This document shows positions 1-8,400 of a DNA stretch of 64,000 nucleotides, in pieces (positions within the stretch are counted from its first letter, which is position 1; each line of letters starts with the position of its first letter). The DNA is from Candidatus Hydrogenedentota bacterium (GTDB taxonomy: Bacteria > Hydrogenedentota > Hydrogenedentia > Hydrogenedentales > SLHB01), in the NCBI GenBank assembly GCA_045863295.1, contig BTWA01000011.1, forward strand, positions 1 to 64,000, read 5' to 3'. The notes below the pieces were generated by a model. The model did not search any database and was not told where the DNA came from. It saw nothing but the letters and a program-made list of their open reading frames with translations. The position numbers were made by a program, and so were the translations under genes.

Positions 1-55
1 CAATCGTGCCAATGTTCACGTGAGGCTTCGTACGCTCAAATTTCGCCTTCGCCAT
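1..55 (-). CDS. tuf: Elongation factor Tu, 5' end only (runs off window)
   Basis: Reverse complement of 55..1 reads MAKAKFERTKPHVNIGTI, the canonical EF-Tu N-terminus; lies downstream of the Thr-Tyr-Gly-Thr tRNA cluster as in tufB operons. Confidence 0.96.
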   Translation of the reverse strand, partial: MAKAKFERTKPHVNIGTI

Positions 56-198
56 GGTGTCCTCAAACCTCCTTACGGCTCCTCGACGGAGAAGCGCATG
101 TTCCTAATCAATGCACGGGCCGGGTGCTCACGCCAAGCCTGTCCGCTGCCGCTGTCCGGCAATCCGGCGCCCGCCCATCCGCGGCACCGGACAAAAAA

Positions 199-274
199 TG
201 GAGCCCACGATCAGAATCGAACTGATGACCTCCTCCTTACCATGGAGGCGCTCTGCCGACTGAGCTACGCGGGC
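199..274 (-). tRNA. tRNA-Thr(GGT)
   Basis: GCCCGCGTAGCTCAGTCGGCAGAGCGCCTCCATGGTAAGGAGGAGGTCATCAGTTCGATTCTGATCGTGGGCTCCA; cloverleaf, anticodon GGT, encoded CCA. Confidence 0.97.
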
Positions 275-289
275 TGGCTTAGTCCCAGA

Positions 290-366
290 TGGAGCGGGAG
301 ACGGGATTCGAACCCGCGACCCTCAGCTTGGAAGGCTGATGCTCTAGCCAGCTGAGCTACTCCCGC
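290..366 (-). tRNA. tRNA-Gly(TCC)
   Basis: GCGGGAGTAGCTCAGCTGGCTAGAGCATCAGCCTTCCAAGCTGAGGGTCGCGGGTTCGAATCCCGTCTCCCGCTCCA; anticodon TCC, U73, CCA. Confidence 0.97.
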
Positions 367-414
367 AAAAATCTCCGGCGCGGCGGCTTACCCGCACCGC
401 AAAATATCGGTATA

Positions 415-497
415 TGGTGGGAGTAGGATTCGAACCTACGTAGGCGTTAGCCAGCGGGTTTACAGCCCGCCCCCTTTAGCCACTCGGGCATCCCACC
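415..497 (-). tRNA. tRNA-Tyr(GTA)
   Basis: GGTGGGATGCCCGAGTGGCTAAAGGGGGCGGGCTGTAAACCCGCTGGCTAACGCCTACGTAGGTTCGAATCCTACTCCCACCA; long variable arm, anticodon GTA; CCA apparently not encoded. Confidence 0.96.
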
Positions 498-589
498 ACA
501 GGGTTAACTGAACTCCATGACGCCCGCTGGACTCGTCCTGTCCGGATGCCCGAACCGTCTTACTCCGCCCGGCCTCATCGCACGCTATC

Positions 590-665
<76 letters not shown>

Positions 666-719
666 AGCCCTTTACGTAAAACAACCACGCCCAATCCGCT
701 CAGGCGTGGCAACCCGGAA

Positions 720-749
720 AGTGTAGCCAACTTTCTTTTCCAGTGTCAA
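720..749 (-). promoter_or_regulatory. Sigma70 promoter for the tRNA-tuf operon
   Basis: Minus strand TTGACA-18 nt-TACACT, about 55 nt upstream of the first tRNA. Confidence 0.7.
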
Positions 750-880
750 GTGAGCATGCAGTGCGACAATTTCACAAGGGCATCGCCAGGGTACAGCTTC
801 ACCACCATCCCCCACCTCGTGCCGGGCACTCCACTTCCTTTGTATACCCGCTACCGCCATCTGCTGCAACTCGTGGATCG

Positions 881-898
881 CTGTGAATTCGAGCACAA
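881..898. promoter_or_regulatory. Candidate Rex (or CRP/FNR-family) operator upstream of the hydrogenase operon
   Basis: CTGTGAA-TTCG-AGCACAA versus Rex consensus TTGTGAA-N4-TTCACAA (3 mismatches); rex closes the operon. Confidence 0.4.
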
Positions 899-1011
899 CT
901 GCCCCAAGACGCCAACTCTGACCTGCGCAAATGTGTCCCGAGCACTTGAGCACTACCAATTTGCACACACCACAACTATTTAAAAACAAATCAGTTACAG
1001 CGAGACGACCA

Positions 1012-1028
1012 TGGGCACGCTTAATGCT
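1012..1028 (+). promoter_or_regulatory. Candidate sigma54 (-24/-12) promoter for the hydrogenase operon
   Basis: TGGGCACGCTTAATGCT: GG-N10-GC with GGCACG and TGCT cores; AT-rich tract just upstream (~977-998). Confidence 0.5.
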
Positions 1029-1153
1029 CCCCTTTAAGTTGCCCCACTTTGGGGCAACGGCAACGATCGAACAGCGGTTTCGCCTTACAGGCACTGGGAC
1101 CGGAGTGAGATGCCCTTAGCATCGCCTTCCCGACTCAGTATGGAGTTTCGCCG

Positions 1154-1543
1154 ATGGCAAAGATCCTGATTGTCGATGACGACCCTGACATCATTGAAGC
1201 GGCCACCCTCTTTTTGCAGCGCGAAGGGTATTCGGTGGTCAGTGCACACAACCGCCAATCCGGCATGGCGGCCGTCGAACGGGAAAAGCCGGAATTACTC
1301 ATCCTGGATGTCATGATGGAGCAGCCCGACGACGGCATTGCCATGGCTCAGGCCCTGCGCGCGCAGGGAAACAACCTTCCCATACTCATGCTCACAAGCA
1401 TTTCCAGCGTTACCGGTTATCACTTCGCTCCCGATGCCGAAACCATTCCCGTCGATGACTTTCAGGAAAAACCGGTACAGCCAACCGTATTGGCGGAAAA
1501 AGTAAAACGCCTCCTGCAGGCGCGGGAGTCACGCTCATGCTGA
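1154..1543 (+). CDS. Single-domain response regulator (receiver only)
   Basis: KILIVDDD...LILDVMM...ILMLTS...KP receiver motifs, 129 aa, no output domain. Confidence 0.92.
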   Translation: MAKILIVDDDPDIIEAATLFLQREGYSVVSAHNRQSGMAAVEREKPELLILDVMMEQPDDGIAMAQALRAQGNNLPILMLTSISSVTGYHFAPDAETIPVDDFQEKPVQPTVLAEKVKRLLQARESRSC

Positions 1544-2058
1544 TGACGCATCAGGATCGGGTACGCGCTGAAATCGAACGCTGGTGCGATATCTATGGAA
1601 ACGATCGCAGCGCGCTGATTCCCATCCTTCAGGAAATCCAGTCCAAGCACCACCGCGTGTCTGATTTCGCGATGCAAGTTGTGGCGGACATGCTGGACAT
1701 CCACCCTGTCGAAGTCTACGGCGTGGTGTCCTTCTATCAATTCCTGCATCACGAAAGGCAGGGGGAATTCGTAATCAGGCTCTGCCGCACTTTGTCGTGC
1801 GCCATGAATCAGAATCATGCCGTGGCTCGCCAACTCGAAAACGACTTGGGAATTCGTTTCGGCCAAACGACCCCCGACGGAAAATTCACACTGGAATGGG
1901 CCAATTGCATAGGCCTGTGCGATCAGGGTCCGGCCATGCTTATTAATGACCGTGTCTACACGGCAGTGACGCCCGACCAAATCCATGACATCCTGCAGGA
2001 ATGCCGCGAAGCATTTGGCTTGCACGCCACCGAACACAAGGAGGATCACCTCCTATGA
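1537..2058 (+). CDS. NuoE-like [2Fe-2S] subunit (HydC/gamma) of an NADH-linked [FeFe]-hydrogenase
   Basis: LIPILQEIQ, EVYGVVSFY, CRTLSC...NCIGLC thioredoxin-like 2Fe-2S motif; start is 1537 or 1543. Confidence 0.9.
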   Translation: MLMTHQDRVRAEIERWCDIYGNDRSALIPILQEIQSKHHRVSDFAMQVVADMLDIHPVEVYGVVSFYQFLHHERQGEFVIRLCRTLSCAMNQNHAVARQLENDLGIRFGQTTPDGKFTLEWANCIGLCDQGPAMLINDRVYTAVTPDQIHDILQECREAFGLHATEHKEDHLL

Positions 2059-3284
2059 GCGCCGTCGCATTTCACGGTATCAAACCCGCCATCCGCGGAA
2101 CACTCACCTTCGAAACCATGCAACCCGGCGCAGGGTTGAACCGTGCGCTTGCCATGAAGCGCTCGGAAGTCATCGCAACCGTCAGCGCATCCGGAATCAA
2201 GGGAAGAGGCGGAGCTGGCTTTCCAACCGGCGTGAAATGGAATCTTGCCGCCGCGGTGCAGGACGACGTCAAATACATCGTCTGCAATGCGGATGAAGGC
2301 GAACCCGGTACCTTCAAAGACCGCGTCATCCTATCGGATTTCGCAGATCTTGTCTTCGAAGGAATGACCATCGCCGGCTATGCGGTCGGCGCTAGGCAGG
2401 GAATTCTTTATCTGCGAGGCGAATACTCTTATCTTCGCCAAAGACTGCAGGAGGTGCTTGACAAGCGCAAGGCGAATGGACTGCTGGGCGATCACGTCTG
2501 CGGCAATGAATCGCTTCACTTTGATATCGCCATTCGAATGGGTTCCGGCGCCTATGTATGCGGCGAGGAAACCGCCCTCATCGAATCGTTGGAAGGCCAT
2601 CGGGGCGAGCCAAGAAATCGGCCGCCCTTCCCGGTGGATACCGGATTCATGGGTCATCCCACCGTCGTCAACAACGTCGAGACGCTCGCGTGGATTTCGT
2701 GCATCTTTGTCAAAGGCCCGGAGTGGTTCCGCAGCATCGGCACCAATCAATCCACCGGCCTGAAATTGTTCAGCATCTCCGGAGATTGCGCGCGGCCCGG
2801 TATCTACGAATTTCCCATGGGCATTTCACTCGCCGAAATGCTTGATCATGTGGGCGCACCGCGCGCCAAGGCCGTGCAGGTCGGCGGCGCGTCAGGCCAT
2901 TGCGTGCCTGCGGAGGAATTCAGCCGGACCATCGCGTTTGAAGACATCCCAACCGGCGGTTCCGTCATCGTCATCGGACCCGACAGAGATATGCTCGCCG
3001 TCGCCAAGAACTTCATGGAATTCTTTGTCGAAGAATCATGTGGGCAATGTACCCCTTGCCGCGAAGGCACCCAGAAGCTCCTCGAAGGTATCGAACTCCT
3101 GGAGCAGGGAAAGTGTTCCATGCGCTATCTCAAGGAACTCTGCGCACTGGGTGAAACCATGCAAATCGCTTCCAAGTGTGGCCTCGGTCAGGCCAGCCCC
3201 AATGCCTTCCTAAGCATTGTCAGGCACTTCAGGGACGAATTGATGGGGCGGCAGCCACGATTGGACGTGGCGGGGAAGGAGTAA
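2055..3284 (+). CDS. NuoF-like FMN/NADH-binding subunit (short HydB/beta)
   Basis: GRGGAGFPTG, CNADEGEPGTFKDR, GAYVCGEETALIESLEG, ESCGQCTPCREG...CGLG; ATG 2055 overlaps the upstream TGA. Confidence 0.93.
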   Translation: MSAVAFHGIKPAIRGTLTFETMQPGAGLNRALAMKRSEVIATVSASGIKGRGGAGFPTGVKWNLAAAVQDDVKYIVCNADEGEPGTFKDRVILSDFADLVFEGMTIAGYAVGARQGILYLRGEYSYLRQRLQEVLDKRKANGLLGDHVCGNESLHFDIAIRMGSGAYVCGEETALIESLEGHRGEPRNRPPFPVDTGFMGHPTVVNNVETLAWISCIFVKGPEWFRSIGTNQSTGLKLFSISGDCARPGIYEFPMGISLAEMLDHVGAPRAKAVQVGGASGHCVPAEEFSRTIAFEDIPTGGSVIVIGPDRDMLAVAKNFMEFFVEESCGQCTPCREGTQKLLEGIELLEQGKCSMRYLKELCALGETMQIASKCGLGQASPNAFLSIVRHFRDELMGRQPRLDVAGKE

Positions 3285-3287
3285 CAC

Positions 3288-5216
3288 ATGAGCAACCAGA
3301 CCAAGTTTGGCAACGACGTTTCGCGCGCCCCCGTAAGTCAACGCGGGCACCAGGTGGGCCTGAAAGGCGATGCCGCAGGGATTGGCGGCCAGATCACCAT
3401 AGAAATCGATGAAAAACCAGTGAAGGTCGCAATCGGTACTACCCTGTTGCAAGCCGCACGGGAAGCCGGAGCGCGGATCCCGACCCTGTGTCACCACGAA
3501 GATCTCTGCGTCGCCGGTGTGTGCCGTATGTGCGTTGTCGAAGTCGAAGGTCAACGAACGTTGCAGGCCGCCTGCGCATTTCCCGTGACGCAGCCAATCA
3601 AAGTTCACACGCATTCGCGCAAGGTCCGGCAGGCACGCCGACATATTCTCGACCTGCTGCTGGCCAGCCACTACGGCGAATGCTATGCATGCAGCCGCAA
3701 CAACAACTGCGAATTGCAGAGTCTCGCCAAAGAATATGGCGTCGACCTGTTCCGTTTCGGCCATCCCGATCAACCCAAATTCGATATCGACCGCTCCAGC
3801 CACTCGGTATGGCGCGATATGAATAAATGCATCCTGTGCCGGCGTTGCATACGAACATGCATTGACTTCCAGGAAGTCGGCGTCCTCGACGTCCAAGGCC
3901 GCGGACATGAGTCAAAGGTCGTTACCTACCTTGACCGGCCTCTTGCAGACGTCATCTGCATCAACTGCGGTCAGTGTATTAATCGTTGCCCTACCGGCGC
4001 GCTGCGAGCCAACGATCCGACCGACGAAGTTTGGGCAGCAATTGACGACCCCACAAAACACGTGGTCATGCAAACCGCGCCAAGCCCCCGTGCGGGTATC
4101 GGCGAATGCTTCGGACTGGAGCCCGGGCATGCGCTGACCTTCGAATTGAACACGGCCTTGCGGGGCTGCGGCTTTGACAAGGTATTCGACACCAATTTCA
4201 CCGCCGATCTGACCATCATTGAGGAAGGCACAGAACTTTTGCTTCGCCTGAAACAGGCCCTCGTGGAGGGTAAACCCACCGCGTTGCCTCAATTCACAAG
4301 CTGCTCGCCGGGATGGGTGAAATTCTGCGAGCATTTCTATCCCGAATACATACCAAACCTGTCCACGGCGAAAAGTCCGCAACAAATGTTCGGCGCCGTG
4401 CTCAAAACGTATTACGCCCAAAAACACGGCATCGACCCCAAGGACATCGTGACCGTTGCACTAATGCCTTGTTCGGCGAAGAAGTTCGAATGCAACCGCT
4501 CTGAAATGTGCGACAGCGGATTCAAGGACATCGACTACGGCTTGACCACGCGCGAACTCGCGAAAATGATCAGCGAAGCCGGCATCGATTTGGTGAAAAT
4601 GCCCAAGTCGGATTTCGACGATCCATTCGGAACCGCGACCGGCTCCGGCGTGATATTCGGCGCAACCGGCGGCGTCATGGAGGCTGCCCTCCGCACCGTA
4701 ATCGAAGTAGTCACAGGAAAGAAGGTCGAAAACTTTTTCGACCACGCCGAGATCATACCCGTGCGCGGCTTCGAAGGCATCCGGTACGTGGAAATACCCA
4801 TCACCGAAGTGGGTCCCGTCCCCGAATTGCTCTCGCACTTGTTCACGGATTGGAATTGGCTCAAAGGCGCAACGCTGAAAGTCGCGGTCGCCCATGGAAC
4901 GGCATACGCCAAAAAAGTCATGGAAGACATACGCAAAGGCGGAAAATTCAGCGAGTGTCACTTCGTCGAGTTCATGGCTTGCCCCGGTGGTTGTCTGGGA
5001 GGCGGCGGCCAGCCCATACCCACAAGCCCGGCAATACGCGCCGCGCGTGCCAAGGCCATCTACGACGAAGACCGCTCCTATGAGGTCCGGAAGTCGCATG
5101 AGAATCCAGCGATTCTCACCATATACAACGAATTCTTAACCCAGGGTCCGTGCAGCCATCGAAGCCACGAACTGCTGCACACCCACTACACTCCGCGCGG
5201 CAAATACATCGGCTGA
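3288..5216 (+). CDS. hydA: [FeFe]-hydrogenase catalytic subunit (group A, M3-type FeS complement)
   Basis: N-terminal 2Fe-2S, HYGECYACSRNNNC, CILCRRCIRTC, CINCGQCINRCP; H-cluster motifs TSCSPGW, MPCSAKKFE, EFMACPGGCLGGGGQP; C-terminal small-subunit domain RKSHENP...LLHTHY. Confidence 0.97.
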   Translation: MSNQTKFGNDVSRAPVSQRGHQVGLKGDAAGIGGQITIEIDEKPVKVAIGTTLLQAAREAGARIPTLCHHEDLCVAGVCRMCVVEVEGQRTLQAACAFPVTQPIKVHTHSRKVRQARRHILDLLLASHYGECYACSRNNNCELQSLAKEYGVDLFRFGHPDQPKFDIDRSSHSVWRDMNKCILCRRCIRTCIDFQEVGVLDVQGRGHESKVVTYLDRPLADVICINCGQCINRCPTGALRANDPTDEVWAAIDDPTKHVVMQTAPSPRAGIGECFGLEPGHALTFELNTALRGCGFDKVFDTNFTADLTIIEEGTELLLRLKQALVEGKPTALPQFTSCSPGWVKFCEHFYPEYIPNLSTAKSPQQMFGAVLKTYYAQKHGIDPKDIVTVALMPCSAKKFECNRSEMCDSGFKDIDYGLTTRELAKMISEAGIDLVKMPKSDFDDPFGTATGSGVIFGATGGVMEAALRTVIEVVTGKKVENFFDHAEIIPVRGFEGIRYVEIPITEVGPVPELLSHLFTDWNWLKGATLKVAVAHGTAYAKKVMEDIRKGGKFSECHFVEFMACPGGCLGGGGQPIPTSPAIRAARAKAIYDEDRSYEVRKSHENPAILTIYNEFLTQGPCSHRSHELLHTHYTPRGKYIG

Positions 5217-5249
5217 CGCGGAGGACGATGAAAAGAAAGAGGGGTCGCT

Positions 5250-6578
5250 ATGGAGCAAAATGGCAAGGCCATCCTCCAGTTCATTGACGGCCCCAGTCTG
5301 CCGCTGGACGACACGCAGTTCACCCCGCAGGAGCGGGTGCTTCTAAACCGGGTGAACCAGCGTGTCGCCGGCGGGGCCTCACTGGCGGGCATCATGAACT
5401 TTGTTTTCGATTCCACGCGCGATCTCTTTCCGTGCGATCGAATCGGGCTCGCTTTCGTGGAAGACGACGGACATCGCGTCGTTTCGTACTGGGCGCGCGC
5501 ACTGTACGCCCCCATCCGGCTCGACAAAGGATACGTTGAAGATCTCCAAGGCAGTTCCCTGGAAGTCATCCTCAAGACGGGTCAGGTCAGAATTATCCAC
5601 GACCTGAGCGTATATCTGGCCCAACGCCCGAACAGTAATTCCACCCGCCTTCTGGTCGACGAGGGCGTGCGTTCAAGCATGACATGCCCTTTGCTTGTCG
5701 ACGGCCGATCAATCGGGTTCCTCTTCCGGAGTTCGCGAAAACCGTTCGCTTACGACGAACACCAGGTTTGCCTGCACCTCGCACTGGCGGAACGCCTCAG
5801 TCAAGCCATTGAAAAGGCCTACCGCATCGAACAACTTACGTCAGTAACGCACGGATACCGCGAGATGCTCGCCTTCATCAGCCACGAGCTTAAGAATCCG
5901 CTCGCGTCGCTCGCCATGGATGCCACCGTGCTGGCCGGCGGCTACCTTGGACCACTCGAGGAAAAGCAGGCAAGTAAGATTGAGGGTATGAAGCGAAAGG
6001 CCGAGCACGTGTTGGGACTCGTGCGCGACTACCTCACGTTGGCAAGAATCGAAGATCCTGCCGCAAAAGCCGAGTTCGTGGTCGTAGGCAACATGGAAGC
6101 CGCCATCATCGCCCCCGCCGTCGAGTTGGTACGCTCCGATGCCGAGGCGAAGGGAATGCAAATCACTATCCAACCCAGCGATGACCGGCAAATTGCCTGC
6201 GCCTGCGATCTCGAACTACTGAAAATTGCCGTCGTGAACTTGCTAAGCAATGCCGTGAAGTACGGTTCCGATGGTGGAGAGGTCAGAATCTCAACGAAAC
6301 GGATGGGGAACAAAATCGAACTGACGGTGTGGAACGAAGGTGTGGGGTTCTCCAAAGATCAACGCTCCAGGCTGTTTCGGAAGTTTTCCCGTTTAGATTC
6401 GCCCGAGGCCAGGCACGTTCCCGGAACCGGCGTCGGACTCTACACCGCGTGGCGTATCGCCCGCATGCATGATGCATGCATCGATGCCGAAAGCGAAGAG
6501 GGCGCATGGGCATCCTTCACTCTCTCCATACCGCAAAACATCCCAACGTCCGCCTTGCAGGCGTTGAAAACAAAATAG
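5250..6578 (+). CDS. Soluble GAF-domain sensor histidine kinase
   Basis: GAF region (GVRSSMTCPL), H-box FISHELKNPL, N-box NLLSNAVKY, G-boxes NEGVG/GTGVGL; no transmembrane segment. Confidence 0.92.
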   Translation: MEQNGKAILQFIDGPSLPLDDTQFTPQERVLLNRVNQRVAGGASLAGIMNFVFDSTRDLFPCDRIGLAFVEDDGHRVVSYWARALYAPIRLDKGYVEDLQGSSLEVILKTGQVRIIHDLSVYLAQRPNSNSTRLLVDEGVRSSMTCPLLVDGRSIGFLFRSSRKPFAYDEHQVCLHLALAERLSQAIEKAYRIEQLTSVTHGYREMLAFISHELKNPLASLAMDATVLAGGYLGPLEEKQASKIEGMKRKAEHVLGLVRDYLTLARIEDPAAKAEFVVVGNMEAAIIAPAVELVRSDAEAKGMQITIQPSDDRQIACACDLELLKIAVVNLLSNAVKYGSDGGEVRISTKRMGNKIELTVWNEGVGFSKDQRSRLFRKFSRLDSPEARHVPGTGVGLYTAWRIARMHDACIDAESEEGAWASFTLSIPQNIPTSALQALKTK

Positions 6579-6591
6579 CGAGGGCAGGCTC

Positions 6592-7989
6592 ATGGTTGCC
6601 GGAAATCTCGAAGCCATTGTGATAGATGACAGCCGGATTGAAACCGCGTTGCACCGGTACTCGGACAATGATCCGTATCGATTTCGCGATGTCCTGGCGA
6701 AAGCGATGGCGCTCAAAGGGCTCAACGAAGAAGACGTCGCCGTGCTCACCGCCGTGACCAACCCCGCCCTCCTGGATGAACTCTTCCACACAGCGCGGTG
6801 GGCCAAGGAAGAAATCTACGGCCGCCGGCTCGTCTTCTTCGCCCCACTCTACGTTTCAAATCTGTGCAGCAATGAATGCCTCTATTGCGCGTTCAGCAAG
6901 AGCAATGCCGGATTGACACGCCGCGCGCTTACCCAGGAGGAAGTAGAAGAGGAAACGCGGTTACTCATCGACCAAGGACACAAGCGTGTCCTGCTGGTCT
7001 CCGGCGAATCGTATCCAATCGAGGGGTTTGCCTATATCCTCAGTTGCATTGATACCATTTACGCAACGAAGCACATCAACGGTGAAATCCGGCGCATTAA
7101 CGTCAACGTAGCCCCGTTGAGTGTGGATCAATTCCGCGAACTGAAAGCCGCTCACATCGGCACGTATCAGTGCTTCCAGGAAACCTACCACAGGGAAACC
7201 TACGCCAACGTCCATCCTTCCGGTAAGAAGGCCGACTACGACTGGCGCATTACCGCAATTGACCGCGCGATGAGAGCCGGCATCGACGACGTCGGCGTGG
7301 GCGTACTCTTTGGCCTGTACGACTGGCGATACGAAATCATGGCGCTGATGCAGCACATCGCCCATCTCGAAACCACGTTTGGATTCGGTTGCCACACCAT
7401 CAGTGTGCCGCGAATCGAGCCTGCGAGCGGCTGCACATTCTCGGAAAAGCCGCCCTATGCCGTGTCTGACGACGACTTCAAGAAAGTGGTGGCTATCCTC
7501 CGGCTCGCGGTGCCCTACACCGGAATGATCATGTCTACGCGCGAATCCCCGGAAATGCGCCGGGCCACCTTCGAATTGGGTGTCTCCCAAATCTCGGCGG
7601 GCAGCCGAACCAACCCAGGCGGCTATGCGGACGAGGAGTACGACGCCAGCCAATTCTCGCTCGGTGACCACCGCTCGCTGGACGAGGTCGTGCGCGATGT
7701 CGTCCAACTCGGGTTCATCCCGTCGTTCTGCACCGCGTGCTACCGGCTCGGACGCACCGGAGCCGACTTCATGGATCTGGCCAAGCCCGGATTGATCAAA
7801 GACCATTGCGATGTAAACGCCATGAGCACGCTTCAGGAATACATGGAGGACTACGCAACCCCTGAAACCCGCGCCATGTGCGAACAGCAGATTGGCCCCA
7901 TATTGAGCCGGTTCAGCGAACACCGCCGTAGGGTCGCGCAAACGCTTATGGACCAGGTAAAGGAAGGCAAACGGGACGTATTCGTCTGA
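6592..7989 (+). CDS. hydG: [FeFe]-hydrogenase maturase HydG (radical SAM)
   Basis: FAPLYVSNLCSNECLYC, FQETYH, HTISVPRIEPA, C-terminal SFCTACYR...C (Cx2Cx22C). Confidence 0.96.
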   Translation: MVAGNLEAIVIDDSRIETALHRYSDNDPYRFRDVLAKAMALKGLNEEDVAVLTAVTNPALLDELFHTARWAKEEIYGRRLVFFAPLYVSNLCSNECLYCAFSKSNAGLTRRALTQEEVEEETRLLIDQGHKRVLLVSGESYPIEGFAYILSCIDTIYATKHINGEIRRINVNVAPLSVDQFRELKAAHIGTYQCFQETYHRETYANVHPSGKKADYDWRITAIDRAMRAGIDDVGVGVLFGLYDWRYEIMALMQHIAHLETTFGFGCHTISVPRIEPASGCTFSEKPPYAVSDDDFKKVVAILRLAVPYTGMIMSTRESPEMRRATFELGVSQISAGSRTNPGGYADEEYDASQFSLGDHRSLDEVVRDVVQLGFIPSFCTACYRLGRTGADFMDLAKPGLIKDHCDVNAMSTLQEYMEDYATPETRAMCEQQIGPILSRFSEHRRRVAQTLMDQVKEGKRDVFV

Positions 7990-8121
7990 TCCATATATCA
8001 CCAAATTTTGCGGCCGGCCTTGGCCCGCCGCATACTCGCCGGAGTGGGAACCGGATAGGGGGCGGGCCAATTGGGGAAGACCCATGGCCCGCCTGCCCTG
8101 AAATTCAAGGAGAATGCTAGA

Positions 8122-8382
8122 ATGAATCGGCACATCGTGTACGGCGTACACATCACCGACCGGGTGAAGAACGCACTCCAGGTGCAGCAGTTGTTGACCA
8201 AATACGGCTGCAACATCCAAACGCGCATTGGATTGCACGAGACCGGACCCAAACACTGTTCCCCGGAAGGACTGATTGTTCTCGAAATGCTTGACGACGA
8301 GGACACCCCCGCGTTGAAACGCGACTTGTCCGCTATTGAAGGGATCGAAGTAAAGGAAATGATCTTCGACCACCCCGAATAG
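8122..8382 (+). CDS. TM1266-like small ACT-fold 'iron-only hydrogenase system regulator'
   Basis: VQQLLTKYGCNIQTRIGLHE motif, 86 aa, AAGGAG RBS, located among hyd maturases. Confidence 0.75.
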   Translation: MNRHIVYGVHITDRVKNALQVQQLLTKYGCNIQTRIGLHETGPKHCSPEGLIVLEMLDDEDTPALKRDLSAIEGIEVKEMIFDHPE

Positions 8383-8400
8383 AAGTCATGAAGGATCGCC

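Noticed and set aside
1537..3284. Respiratory complex I nuoEF
   Set aside because: Genes are coupled to hydA and no other nuo genes are present; they are hydrogenase diaphorase subunits
6961..8373. Long antisense ORFs (also 8386..9501, 37943..39394, 40126..41577, 42905..44014, 26342..27334)
   Set aside because: Shadow frames opposite well-supported genes, expected in GC-rich DNA
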